From Candidatus Omnitrophota bacterium (GTDB taxonomy: Bacteria; Omnitrophota; Gorgyraeia; Zapsychrales; Fredricksoniimonadaceae): a stretch of 64,000 nucleotides of DNA. The notes under the pieces were generated by a model. The model ran no database searches. It was given only the letters and a program-made list of their open reading frames with translations, and was not told where the DNA came from. The first letter of the stretch is position 1. The number at the start of each line of letters is the position of its first letter. The translations under genes and the position numbers were made by a program. The DNA is taken from contig JAGWOI010000007.1 of the NCBI GenBank assembly GCA_028870995.1, forward strand, positions 20,337 to 84,336, written 5' to 3'. Below, piece by piece: positions 48,090-58,876 of this stretch.

Positions 48090-49154
48090 CTCGTCCAGGA
48101 CCAGCCGCCCCCGGTCGGTGGCCTTCAAATTCCCGTTCTCACGCGCCAAAAAGCCGTCCTTGATCCAGACTTCCACTTGCGGCCGCCTGTCAGCCGGCAC
48201 CAGATCCCAACGGATGCCTTTGTTCATTCTCAGACCCAACAGCACCTTCTCCATGGTCAGCTGCTCGTCGGTTAAATCTTCGCAGCCTTCCACCGGCGGT
48301 ATGCCTTGGGAAGCTCGGTCGAGGTACTCCTGCAGGCGCGGCGTATTCCAGGACCGCCTTCGCCCGTCGAAAGCGTGCGCGCCTACGCCGAGCCCTATAT
48401 AAGGACCCCCCTGCCAATAATTCCTGTTATGCGCCGATTCAAATCCCTGTTTAGCGAAATTACTGATTTCATATTGAGCAAAGCCATATTCTTGGAGAAG
48501 CCGCCCGATAAGGACATACTGCTGCGCCAGCTTCTCATCGTCATCCAGTTTTATCTGGGCGGCATGAAACCGGCTGTTGGGTTCAATGGTAAGGGTGTAC
48601 AAAGACAAATGTTCGCTGCCCAACGCCGCCAGGCCTTTGACGTCTTTTTCCAATTCTTCCCCAGTTTGGCCTGGAAAGGCATACATCAAATCGAGATTAA
48701 TATTGTCAAAGCCCGCCTCGCGCAATACGCGATTGGCCTCAAGCGCCGCCGCGGCGTTATGGTTTCTCCCCAAAAATTTTAAAAAGCGGTCGTCCAGTGA
48801 TTGGACCCCTAAGCTGACCCTGTTAAACCCGATCCGTTTTAAGAACTGCGCCTTGCCTGCATTGATGCTTTCAGGATTTGCTTCAATGGTGATTTCGATC
48901 CCTGAATCCCAGGAAAAATTTTTTCTAATGGCATTCATTAAATCATCCAAATGGTCCTCGTCCAAATGGCTTGGCGTGCCGCCGCCGAGGTAAATGGTCC
49001 GCAGGCGCGTTCCCGTATGATTATTCATTTCCGATGCCACGGCCCTGACATATTCTTTCCGTCGGTGTTCCTGGGAAACCGCTATCACGAAAGAACAAAA
49101 CAAGCATTTGCGGCTGCAGAACGGAATGTGGATATACAATGACGGATAATTCAT
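48069..49154 (-). CDS. hemW: Radical SAM heme chaperone HemW
   Basis: LYIHIPFCSRKCLFCSF, GGGTPS, YEISNF, HNRNYW (HNxxYW). Confidence 0.9.
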   Translation of the reverse strand: MNYPSLYIHIPFCSRKCLFCSFVIAVSQEHRRKEYVRAVASEMNNHTGTRLRTIYLGGGTPSHLDEDHLDDLMNAIRKNFSWDSGIEITIEANPESINAGKAQFLKRIGFNRVSLGVQSLDDRFLKFLGRNHNAAAALEANRVLREAGFDNINLDLMYAFPGQTGEELEKDVKGLAALGSEHLSLYTLTIEPNSRFHAAQIKLDDDEKLAQQYVLIGRLLQEYGFAQYEISNFAKQGFESAHNRNYWQGGPYIGLGVGAHAFDGRRRSWNTPRLQEYLDRASQGIPPVEGCEDLTDEQLTMEKVLLGLRMNKGIRWDLVPADRRPQVEVWIKDGFLARENGNLKATDRGRLVLDELSGRLI

Positions 49155-49261
49155 TTTTTTTATGGAATCACAATAAAAAAATTCTTAAAAAATTTTTTGT
49201 ATATAAAAAATTTATGTTACTATTTTAATAACAAATCAATCTTTAAGAAAGGAGCTTACGC

Positions 49262-49312
49262 ATGGCTACCAAAAAGAAAACAGCAAAGAAGAAAACAGCT
49301 AAAAAGAAATAA
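49262..49312 (+). CDS. 16-aa lysine-rich microprotein MATKKKTAKKKTAKKK
   Basis: SD AAAGGAG 7 nt upstream, extended -10 TGTTACTAT, downstream hairpin. The repeats differ only at synonymous positions. Confidence 0.7.
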   Translation: MATKKKTAKKKTAKKK

Positions 49313-49333
49313 CTGTTTTTTTTCATGTATTTT

Positions 49334-49371
49334 CATAAAACCCTTTGAGTAAGTTTTCAAAGGGTTTTATG
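49334..49371. terminator. 15-bp hairpin between the microprotein and tatC (bidirectional terminator candidate)
   Basis: CATAAAACCCTTTGA-8-TCAAAGGGTTTTATG. Confidence 0.65.
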
Positions 49372-50088
49372 TTTCTGCACAGGCCATGACGGCCGGTAAA
49401 AAAATCTCACCATCACAATCCCCACTTCATATAAAGCCAAGAGCGGCAGGGCCAGGATCAGCATGGATATGACATCCGGCGGGGCCAGGATAGCGGCGAG
49501 AATCAGGATGGCCACTACGGCGTGGCGTCTTTTTTGGCGCAAAAATTCCGGCGAGGCGATGCCGATCTTGGCCAAGAACGCCAGGACCAGCGGCAGTTCG
49601 AAAGCCACCCCAAAGGCCACAATCATGTGCCCCAAGAACCCCAGATAATTTTTCACCGTGACCATGGGGATCATGTAGGGGGAGGCAAAGCTCATTAAAA
49701 ACCGGTACGCCCGCGGCACGGCGATAAAATAAGCGAAAGCTCCCCCGGAAAGAAAAAACAGCAGCGACAAGGGTGCAAAAAAAACTACGAACTTCCTCTC
49801 GGAAGGCTTCAGCGCCGCCCCCACAAACGCCCATATCTGGTAAACGATGTAGGGAGAGGAAACAAAAAGCGCCAGAACGGTGCCGATGGTCATGGTGGCC
49901 GCAAAGGCCTCTGCCGGTGCGGTAAACACCAGATGCCCGGCCGGCGCAATGAGAACCGGCAAAAGCTTGCCTATAAAACCGTAACAAACGCAGAAGGCCA
50001 GAACAAAAGCGCCCGCGGATTTGATGAGCCGCGAGCGCAATTCTTCCAGATGTTTGAAGAAGGACTGAAAAAAAGGGCTTAGATTCAC
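49357..50088 (-). CDS. tatC: Twin-arginine translocase subunit TatC
   Basis: HLEELRSRL, YQIWAFV..AL..SER, FGVAFELP, PPD. Confidence 0.95.
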   Translation of the reverse strand: MNLSPFFQSFFKHLEELRSRLIKSAGAFVLAFCVCYGFIGKLLPVLIAPAGHLVFTAPAEAFAATMTIGTVLALFVSSPYIVYQIWAFVGAALKPSERKFVVFFAPLSLLFFLSGGAFAYFIAVPRAYRFLMSFASPYMIPMVTVKNYLGFLGHMIVAFGVAFELPLVLAFLAKIGIASPEFLRQKRRHAVVAILILAAILAPPDVISMLILALPLLALYEVGIVMVRFFYRPSWPVQKHKTL

Positions 50089-50261
50089 TTGTGCGCAGAA
50101 TCTTCGATGGGCTTTTTGATCTCTTCCTCAGTTTCGCGCAAATTTTTTTTAAATTCACGGATGGCCTTGCCCAGCGCGGCGCCTATCTCGGGAAGCCTTT
50201 GCGCGCCGAACAGCAGGATGATCACGGTCAAAATCAAAATCAATTCGGGTAAACGACCCAT
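50085..50261 (-). CDS. tatA: Twin-arginine translocase subunit TatA
   Basis: ELILIL..LLFGAQRLPEIG..LGKAIREFKK. SD AGGAG. Confidence 0.93.
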   Translation of the reverse strand: MGRLPELILILTVIILLFGAQRLPEIGAALGKAIREFKKNLRETEEEIKKPIEDSAHK

Positions 50262-50331
50262 AACAAACTCCTGATTGATGGTTGAACTTAACTTTATTCT
50301 ATAAGGGAGGCCGGGAAGCCACAAGTAAAAT

Positions 50332-51954
50332 TTATTCCGACAGCCGGATAATGACTCCCTTTCGACGGGCGCGAGTGTAAGCCTGGTCCAGCAGGCGCAA
50401 GGCGAGGATTATATAGAGCAAGGTCAGGGCCAATCCGGTCAGCAAGGGATAGGCCGTGTGCGCTTTAAAGCCGTAGGCCTGCCGGAAAAATTCCAAAAAA
50501 TGCGTGATAGGGATCAGAAGGCTTGCGGTTTGCAGGGCCTGGGGCAAAACATCAATCGGGTAATAAATCCCGCAGATGATCATGAACAATTGGGCAAACA
50601 TCCAGGCCGTGATCTCGACCTTCTGGCCGAAGGAGAGGATAAGGATGTTGACCATGATCCCCAAAATAAAGGCGCAACAAAAGAGCCCCAGCAAGAATCC
50701 GGCGGTGACAAAAAATCCCGGCAAATGAAAACCAAACCCTAAGCAAGCCGCAGCGCTCAGCAATACGAAGGCCACCAGCCCCCGCGCCATGCCGATCATC
50801 CATGTCCCCACGACACCTTCAGAAACACCTACAGGCGTCAGCAGGGTGTGCTTGCAGCTTTTGGACCATAACTCATAAAGCATTGTATACCCGACGTCCA
50901 ACTGGGTGATCTGCAAGATACCTGCGGCCAGGGTCCCGGTCATGACAAACCCCAGGGTTTGCGGCCCCAAGTGAACGAACTTGGACATAAATCCGATGGA
51001 AATAAGCGAAATCATGGGCCAAAAGAAAACATCGGTCATCACAAACAGATTGCGCACCGCGAAGATGGCGCTGCGCACCGTAAAGGCATAGGCGCGGTTC
51101 ACCCAGGACTGCCAGCCGTCCCGGGATGGCACCGGCAGAGCGATGGTGGTACGTTCTTCTTCCGTTTTGACCGACGGCGCCTGCGTTTGACGGGCCAGCT
51201 GGATAAAGACCTTCTCCAGATCGTCGGTATGGTGCATACGCTTAAGCTCATCAACCGCGGCCAGCTTGATGATGCGGCCCTTCTGGATGAAAGCCACCCG
51301 CTGGCACATGCTTTCCACCTCATCCATGTTGTGGCTGGTCAACAGAACGGTCATGCGCCGCTGGCGCAAAATATTCAAGACGATCTCACGGGTTTTGAGC
51401 GACACGTCGGGATCAAGACCGATGGTGGGTTCATCCAAGAATAGGATCTTGGGATCGTTCAGCAGGGATTTGGCCAATGACAGGCGCTGCTTGGTGCCGG
51501 AAGATAGTTCATCAAAATGGCGGCCGGCATAAGACCCCAGATTAAACAGATCGATGACCTCATCGACCTTGCGCTGCAAGCCGCCCCCCCGCAACCCATA
51601 AAGACGCCCGTAGAATTTAAGATTTTCCTCGACGCTGAGGCTGAAGGCATAATTGGGATAGCCGGAAGACATGTTGATCCAGCGGCGGACAGTATTGAAA
51701 TTTTTGGGCACGGATTTCACGCCAAAAATTTCGACAAAACCTTCTTGCGGCAACAGCAGTGTCGCCAGGATATTCAAACAGGTGGTCTTGCCGGCGCCGT
51801 TGGGGCCTAAAATGCCTAAAATCTCCCCTTCACGCACCGTCAGGTCCAAATGATCAAGCGCTTTGACGCTGCCTTTACTTTGCCGGTCAGGATAGGTCTT
51901 GCAAAGTCCGCGCGCCGCCAATACAATTTCAAAAGATTTTTTCCCCTCGTTCAT
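50332..51954 (-). CDS. ABC exporter: ATPase fused to an ABC-2-type permease
   Basis: GPNGAGKTT, LSSGTKQR, LFLDEPT, then ~6 TM segments with GIYYPIDVLP..P.T. Confidence 0.88.
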   Translation of the reverse strand: MNEGKKSFEIVLAARGLCKTYPDRQSKGSVKALDHLDLTVREGEILGILGPNGAGKTTCLNILATLLLPQEGFVEIFGVKSVPKNFNTVRRWINMSSGYPNYAFSLSVEENLKFYGRLYGLRGGGLQRKVDEVIDLFNLGSYAGRHFDELSSGTKQRLSLAKSLLNDPKILFLDEPTIGLDPDVSLKTREIVLNILRQRRMTVLLTSHNMDEVESMCQRVAFIQKGRIIKLAAVDELKRMHHTDDLEKVFIQLARQTQAPSVKTEEERTTIALPVPSRDGWQSWVNRAYAFTVRSAIFAVRNLFVMTDVFFWPMISLISIGFMSKFVHLGPQTLGFVMTGTLAAGILQITQLDVGYTMLYELWSKSCKHTLLTPVGVSEGVVGTWMIGMARGLVAFVLLSAAACLGFGFHLPGFFVTAGFLLGLFCCAFILGIMVNILILSFGQKVEITAWMFAQLFMIICGIYYPIDVLPQALQTASLLIPITHFLEFFRQAYGFKAHTAYPLLTGLALTLLYIILALRLLDQAYTRARRKGVIIRLSE

Positions 51955-52029
51955 AAGTTATTGCGCCCTAAGTGCATGCACCGGCCCGGCCAATTTGCAT
52001 TTTAAAAAAAATAGTAGTATAGTTAGAAA

Positions 52030-52116
52030 GGAACAAGGAGGGTACCAAAGGATAGCGAAAGCATCTTAAGGCCTATCCCCTTACAAAACCCACGGTTTTT
52101 GCAACTGTGGGTTTTG
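52030..52116 (+). ncRNA. Candidate orphan small RNA (~85 nt)
   Basis: TTGCAT-17-TATAGT promoter (51995-52023), no ATG ORF, internal GGAUAG/CUAUCC stem, terminal hairpin with a plus-strand G-U pair. Confidence 0.5.
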
Positions 52117-52119
52117 CAT

Positions 52120-53391
52120 TTAAAGCCGCTTGCCTAATAAAGCAAACATCTTCTTTTTGTAAGCTTCCACCCCAGGCTGGTCAAAAGGATTGACACCCAG
52201 AACGTACCCGGAAATCCCGCAGGCTTTTTCAAAAAAATAATACAAGTGGCCCAAATGAACAGCATCAGCCTTGCATAAGGTGATGGTCATGTTGGGCACC
52301 CCGCCTTCGAAATGCGCGGCGCTGGTAGCTTCATAGGCTTTTTTGTTCACGAAATCGAAACCTTTGCCGGCCACATAATTAAAACCGTCCAGGTCTTCTT
52401 TGTCTTCGGGGATGATGACATCATGGTGGGGTTTATCGATCTGCAGGAAGGTCTCGAATACGCTGCGCTCCGCTTCTTGCATCCACTGGCCCATGGAATG
52501 AAGGTCGGTAGACATGATCAGCGAGGCCGGAAAAATCCCTTTGCCTTGTTTGCCTTCGCTTTCACCGAAGAGCTGTTTGAACCACTCGGCCACATAAAAA
52601 ACTTCCGGATAAAATGACGCCAGCACCTCTATTCTTTTACCTTTGTTATAGAGAATATTGCGCAGGGCGGCATAACGGTAGCAGGTGTTCTTTTCCAGGT
52701 CGCAGACGGCATATTCCGCCTGGGCTTTTCGTGCCCCTTCCACCAAACCAGCGATGTCTATCCCGGCCAGGGCCAGCGGCACCAGACCCACGGGTGTGAG
52801 CACTGAATAACGGCCGCCCACATCGTCAGGGATTACAAAGGAGCGGTAACCCGCCTGGTCGGCGATCTTGCGCAAGGCGCCCTTCTTCTGGTCGGTGACA
52901 CAGATGATGCGCTGCTTTAAATCTTCACTGGAAAATTTGCTTTCCAAGGACTTTTTAATGACCCTGAAGGCAATGGCCGGTTCGGTGGTGGTGCCTGATT
53001 TTGAGATCACCACGACGGTGGGCCGCTTGTCCTTCAAGGTATTCAAAAGCTGGTGCAGGTAATCGCTGCTGATCTGATGGCCGGCATAATAAACAGGGAG
53101 CTTGCCCGAACCTAAAAATTCGATGGTGGCGCGGATCCCCAAATAGGAGCCCCCGATCCCGATGGATACGATGCAGTCCGAATTCTTTTGGACTTCAGCC
53201 GCCAGCGCCGTTAATTCTTTGATGAACGCGTCGGAGATGCGGGACGGCAAATCCAACCAGCCGGTAAATTCCGCGCCTGGTCCGTTGTGCTGCAGCAAAA
53301 AATCATGCGCCCGGTGAACGGAAGGAAAAGCCTTATCAAGTTCGTCAGTTGAGACGAAGCTTTTGAGGTGATCGGTATTAAGGGCTAACAT
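52120..53391 (-). CDS. pgi: Glucose-6-phosphate isomerase
   Basis: GIGGSYLG, ISKSGTTTE, VGGRYSV, QLFGESEGK, NPFDQPGVEAYK. Confidence 0.96.
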   Translation of the reverse strand: MLALNTDHLKSFVSTDELDKAFPSVHRAHDFLLQHNGPGAEFTGWLDLPSRISDAFIKELTALAAEVQKNSDCIVSIGIGGSYLGIRATIEFLGSGKLPVYYAGHQISSDYLHQLLNTLKDKRPTVVVISKSGTTTEPAIAFRVIKKSLESKFSSEDLKQRIICVTDQKKGALRKIADQAGYRSFVIPDDVGGRYSVLTPVGLVPLALAGIDIAGLVEGARKAQAEYAVCDLEKNTCYRYAALRNILYNKGKRIEVLASFYPEVFYVAEWFKQLFGESEGKQGKGIFPASLIMSTDLHSMGQWMQEAERSVFETFLQIDKPHHDVIIPEDKEDLDGFNYVAGKGFDFVNKKAYEATSAAHFEGGVPNMTITLCKADAVHLGHLYYFFEKACGISGYVLGVNPFDQPGVEAYKKKMFALLGKRL

Positions 53392-54082
53392 AGGAAGAAT
53401 CGGACGTGCCGCCTAATTTGGTAGGCATGCCTGAAGGTGCCGGAGCACTGTTCTGTGCCGGTGCCGACGCGTTGGACGCGGCGCTGCTTTTGGAAACAAA
53501 GGTTGACTTATCGCCGTACTCTTCATGGCTGACCAGGTTTCCCTTTATATAATGTTCTTCAACCAGGACCCGGCCGTTTTCAGCGTAGGTGGAGACAGTT
53601 CCGTCAAGCCTGCCGGCGATATAATACATACTTTGTTTCAGGATGCCGTCTTTATAAAAAACCTTCTTGAAGCCGTCCAACCTGCCGCTGCTGTAATGCT
53701 CGCGGTCCAGGACCTCGCCGGTATCATAATAACGCACGGCGTCGCCGTTAAGGTCGTTGTCATCATAATTGCCTTCGAACTGCAGGCCGCCGTTTTCAAA
53801 ATACATCTTATCGTCCCCCTGGCGCCGGCCGTCGGAATAATGCAATATTTCCTTCAAGGCGCCGGAGGGATAAAAAATTTTCATAACACCGTCCAGCCTG
53901 TAATTATGATAATTCTCCTCCCGCAGCAGGTTGCCGTTGCGGTCGTAGACATGCCACACGCCTTCCACCGGGGACAGCGTGCCTCGGGATTGTTCATAAA
54001 TACGGGCGGGATTGATGACCGATTGCGCCAGGCATAAGCTGGATGCCGTCATGAAGGTCAATACGCTTAAAAGAATTTTCAT
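53378..54082 (-). CDS. Exported MORN-variant repeat protein (YwqK-like)
   Basis: Signal peptide and repeated Y..GRLDG..K.YY..G.L units. Confidence 0.82.
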   Translation of the reverse strand: MKILLSVLTFMTASSLCLAQSVINPARIYEQSRGTLSPVEGVWHVYDRNGNLLREENYHNYRLDGVMKIFYPSGALKEILHYSDGRRQGDDKMYFENGGLQFEGNYDDNDLNGDAVRYYDTGEVLDREHYSSGRLDGFKKVFYKDGILKQSMYYIAGRLDGTVSTYAENGRVLVEEHYIKGNLVSHEEYGDKSTFVSKSSAASNASAPAQNSAPAPSGMPTKLGGTSDSSYVSP

Positions 54083-54095
54083 GGGATGAAATCTC

Positions 54096-55241
54096 CTATT
54101 GGATATCAGCCAAAACCAGTTCTTCGTCGCGGCAGGGCATGGCTTCATCGATCACCGCCCCGCCCAACACCACATCCCCGTCGTAGAAAACTGCGGATTG
54201 GCCCGGCGTGACGGACTTTTGGGGACGCTCGAACTCAAGCTCTACGGCCCCGTCTGCCCTTGGCGTCAAATAGGCTTTGACTTCAGGAGAATTATAGCGG
54301 ATTTTGAGACCCACTTCTATGGTTCTTTTAGGAATTTCACCGCTGACCCAGTTCATCTGGCCGGCTTTCAGGCCGCGGGCATAGAGCTTCCTTAAATTAC
54401 CGATATGGATGGTGTTGGCGGCACGGTCCATTTTATAGACATATACCGGATAACCTAAAGCAAGTCCCAGCTTGTCGCGCTGGCCGATGGTGTAATGGCT
54501 CAGGCCTTTATGCTGCCCGATCACCTTGCCCGTCTCATCTACAAAGGGCCCCGGCGTCATGGCTTCGGCACCCACGCGGTCTTCGATAAATTTCTTATAG
54601 CCGCTGGCCGGCACAAAGCAGATGTCCTGGCTTTCCGGCTTCTCGGCGGTGTTAAGACCGAACTGGCGGGCCAGTTCGCGGACTTCAGACTTGGTCAGGC
54701 CTCCCAAAGGAAACAAAACCGACGGCAAGGTTTCCTTTCTCATGCTGTATAAAAAATACGATTGGTCTTTTCTGGGATCGACTGCCTTCTTTAACTCATG
54801 GCAGCCGTGTGTTGGATTAAATTCGATCTTGGCGTAATGGCCGGTAGCCAGGAATTGGGCCCCCAGCCCTTTCACCTTCTGGTAAAGAGTGCCGAATTTC
54901 AAATGCTGGTTGCAGCGCACACAGGGATTGGGAGTGCGGCCGTTGAGATACTCATCGGTAAAATTATCGATGATATAGTCATTGATGTCGGCGGCAAAAT
55001 TAAACACATAGTGGCCAATGCCCAGGATATCGGCCGCGCGCTTGGCGTCCGCTATCCCGTCGATGCCGCAGCATGAAGCCCGGCCGTCGTTGTGGGTGAT
55101 GTTAAAGCACATGGTCACCCCAATGGTATTATAACCGGCCTGCTTGATCAGGCCGGCCACGACGGAAGAATCAACGCCCCCGCTCATGGCGACAAAAACC
55201 GTTATGTCCTTGTTATCCTTCGTTATGTTCATATTGTTCAT
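54096..55241 (-). CDS. mnmA: tRNA 2-thiouridylase MnmA
   Basis: AMSGGVDSS, TPNPCVRCN, ATGHYA, KDQSYFL, ESQDICF, TPGQ. Confidence 0.96.
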   Translation of the reverse strand: MNNMNITKDNKDITVFVAMSGGVDSSVVAGLIKQAGYNTIGVTMCFNITHNDGRASCCGIDGIADAKRAADILGIGHYVFNFAADINDYIIDNFTDEYLNGRTPNPCVRCNQHLKFGTLYQKVKGLGAQFLATGHYAKIEFNPTHGCHELKKAVDPRKDQSYFLYSMRKETLPSVLFPLGGLTKSEVRELARQFGLNTAEKPESQDICFVPASGYKKFIEDRVGAEAMTPGPFVDETGKVIGQHKGLSHYTIGQRDKLGLALGYPVYVYKMDRAANTIHIGNLRKLYARGLKAGQMNWVSGEIPKRTIEVGLKIRYNSPEVKAYLTPRADGAVELEFERPQKSVTPGQSAVFYDGDVVLGGAVIDEAMPCRDEELVLADIQ

Positions 55242-55280
55242 ATTGGACCGTTTCTAAATATCTCCTTGCTGCACCTTTAG

Positions 55281-55338
55281 TTATGATAGAACTGTCCCCT
55301 TCTCTAAATTTTAGTCAATAGGGACACTTCTATCATAA
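55281..55338. repeat. 18-bp imperfect inverted repeat (REP/MITE-like)
   Basis: TTATGATAGAACTGTCCC-22-GGGACACTTCTATCATAA, one mismatch. Confidence 0.6.
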
Positions 55339-55350
55339 GTCCATGTATTT

Positions 55351-56648
<1,298 letters not shown>

Positions 56649-56676
<28 letters not shown>

Positions 56677-57314
56677 TGTTTAAGAATATTGCTTTGATTC
56701 AATGGTTTTAAATAAGGAACGATCCCCAGCACCTTGACCCCTGACAACCGGGCTATTTCCTGGGGATTGGTGCTTTCGGGCACACCCTTTTTCGACGGCT
56801 TGGTCTGGCAGAACACCAGGCCAAGGATTTTCAATCTCCGCCTTTTAAGTTCATTGATCGTCAACAAGGTATGATTGATGGTGCCAAGCCCCAGGCGGGA
56901 GACGATGATCACCTGGGCCTTTAAATCAGCGATCAAATCGGCATTGGTATAGGTTTCCGTGATGGGCACCATTAACCCGCCTGCACCTTCCACCAAAACC
57001 GTCTCGTAACGGGCACAGAGCTTTTTAAAACAATCCTGCACCCGCTGCTTCTCAAATTTCATACCGGCACGACGGAAAGCCAGATGCGGGGACAAAGGTT
57101 CAGGCGCGTAATACGGATTAATGACCCGTAGGTCATCGTCCAGCCCAAGGGCCATCTTTAAAAACCGCGCGTCACTGCCCGCGCACTGTACCGGCTTCAT
57201 GACGCCCACCTTGCACCCCCGGCGCCGAAGCCATAGCCCCAGCACCAGGGTCGTGATGGTCTTTCCAACGCCCGTGTCTGTTGCTGTTATAAAAAAAACT
57301 TTACTTTTGCGCAT
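56649..57314 (-). CDS. bioD: Dethiobiotin synthetase
   Basis: TATDTGVGKT, KPVQC, VEGAGG, LGTINHTLL. Confidence 0.95.
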
Positions 57315-58074
57315 AAAGGCCGATCACTTCAAAGGTGGCTTTGACAGCCTGTTGATAAGAAAATTGTTCTTTGTAAATGGAAGCCGCCCTGGCCAATGCC
57401 TGCCCTCCCACAAAACCCTGCCGCAGGAGATTGTTGGCGCCGATGGCCTTGATCCAGGCCATCAATTCATACATGTCTGTAAAAGACATCTTGACCTCGT
57501 GGCTGTCGATGACCGGATTCGAAAACCCTGCCGCCAACAAGGACTGATGGATCCTGGCTTTATCCGGCAGCCGGTCGAATTGCAAACCAGCCTTGGCCTG
57601 CTGCAGGGACTGCAACAATTCCTGGCAGGTGTCATGTCCGAAAAGAGTGCACATTAGGATCCCCCCAGGTTTCAACACCCGGTAGGTTTGTACAAAAGCC
57701 GATGGTAGATCCTGGGCCCATTGATAAGCGGCATTGGAAACCACCATATCGAAACTGCCGTCCTCAAAGGGCAAATCTTGGATATCGCCTAAGACCCAGG
57801 CAATGCCTTCATGCTTAGGCCTGGCCTCGTCGAGCATGCCCTGGGCAAAATCAAGTCCGACCACCCTGCTTTGAGGGAAATGCTCTTTGAGCTTAACCGT
57901 CAGGTGGCCGGTGCCGCAACCCACGTCAAGGCAGGATGCCGGTGAGGGCCGCTTGATCACCTGGGCCAAAAGCTTCTCGGCGATTTCACTGTGCAGCCCG
58001 CAATGGCGGTCATACCGCCCGGCTGATCCGTGAAATCGCTGTCTTATTTTTTGTGAACTGGCAGCCTTAAACAT
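57301..58074 (-). CDS. bioC: Malonyl-ACP O-methyltransferase
   Basis: LDVGCGTG, SNAAYQW, IKAIGA, position within the bio operon. Confidence 0.88.
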   Translation of the reverse strand: MFKAASSQKIRQRFHGSAGRYDRHCGLHSEIAEKLLAQVIKRPSPASCLDVGCGTGHLTVKLKEHFPQSRVVGLDFAQGMLDEARPKHEGIAWVLGDIQDLPFEDGSFDMVVSNAAYQWAQDLPSAFVQTYRVLKPGGILMCTLFGHDTCQELLQSLQQAKAGLQFDRLPDKARIHQSLLAAGFSNPVIDSHEVKMSFTDMYELMAWIKAIGANNLLRQGFVGGQALARAASIYKEQFSYQQAVKATFEVIGLYAQK

Positions 58075-58075
58075 A

Positions 58076-58876
58076 TCAATTCAGTAAAAAATCTTCCAAA
58101 AGCCGGTTATATTCCTTGGTTTCGACGAGAAACGGCAGATGCCCGCACCCTTCCATGAAATCGAACCTTGCGTTATAGGCATGCTCTGCCACCCAATCCA
58201 TCACCGAACGCGGACAGATGTAATCTTCGCTGCCCGTGACGAATTGCAACGGGCAGATGATGGAAGCGAGGCGGTCGCGCAGGTCGGTCTTCTCCAGAAG
58301 CTCAAGGTAATGTTTCAGCGCTTCGCGCTTGGGCAGGGGTTCCTGCTCCCTGAGATCCTTGACCTGTTTAAACGATGGGTTCTGGCGCTCCTTCATCGTA
58401 AACAGCGACCTGAAAAAAATGTCCAGCATTGCGGCATAATCCCCGTCGAACTGCCTGCTTAAGGTGTGGATTTTCTCAAGGTCCAATCCCGCGGGATAAT
58501 CAGGGCTCCGGGTGAATTTGGGGATCGAGCCCACCATGGATATGCGCATCACTTCATGCGGCATCAGGCGGAAAAGCTCCCAGGCCACCAATCCTCCCAT
58601 GGACGAGGCCACCATGGAAAAGGGAGCGATCTCAAGGTAATTTAAGATTTCCCGGATATCCGCGGCGATCTCATTGACGCTTAACGGCATCCAGCCGCTG
58701 CGGCCGTGGCCCGGCAAATCAATGGTCAGCACCTGGAAATCCGTATCCAAAAAATCCTTTTGGGCCTGCCAGATATGGCCGGAAGCGCCCAAGCCATGGA
58801 TCATGACGATGGATTCTCCCTGACCTGACACTTGATAATTCCAATCAAGCCCGCGTTGTGTTCTTAGGGTCGGCAT
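58076..58876 (-). CDS. bioH: Alpha/beta hydrolase, pimeloyl-ACP methyl ester esterase-like
   Basis: HGLG, DLPGHG, ASSMGG nucleophile elbow, GHLPF. Lies between bioF and bioC. Confidence 0.78.
   Translation of the reverse strand: MPTLRTQRGLDWNYQVSGQGESIVMIHGLGASGHIWQAQKDFLDTDFQVLTIDLPGHGRSGWMPLSVNEIAADIREILNYLEIAPFSMVASSMGGLVAWELFRLMPHEVMRISMVGSIPKFTRSPDYPAGLDLEKIHTLSRQFDGDYAAMLDIFFRSLFTMKERQNPSFKQVKDLREQEPLPKREALKHYLELLEKTDLRDRLASIICPLQFVTGSEDYICPRSVMDWVAEHAYNARFDFMEGCGHLPFLVETKEYNRLLEDFLLN

Noticed and set aside
49427-50158. 243-aa alternative-frame ORF overlapping tatA/tatC
   Set aside because: Same-strand off-frame ORF with no recognisable features. tatA and tatC are intact in their own frames.
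52030-52116. c-di-GMP riboswitch or small ORF in the pgi 3' intergenic region
   Set aside because: A GAAA loop is present but the GEMM consensus is not, there is no downstream plus-strand gene, and no start codon follows the SD-like sequence.
53378-54082. Toxin-antitoxin system implied by the YwqK-like repeats
   Set aside because: No adjacent toxin gene. The protein has a signal peptide and MORN-variant repeats are widespread.
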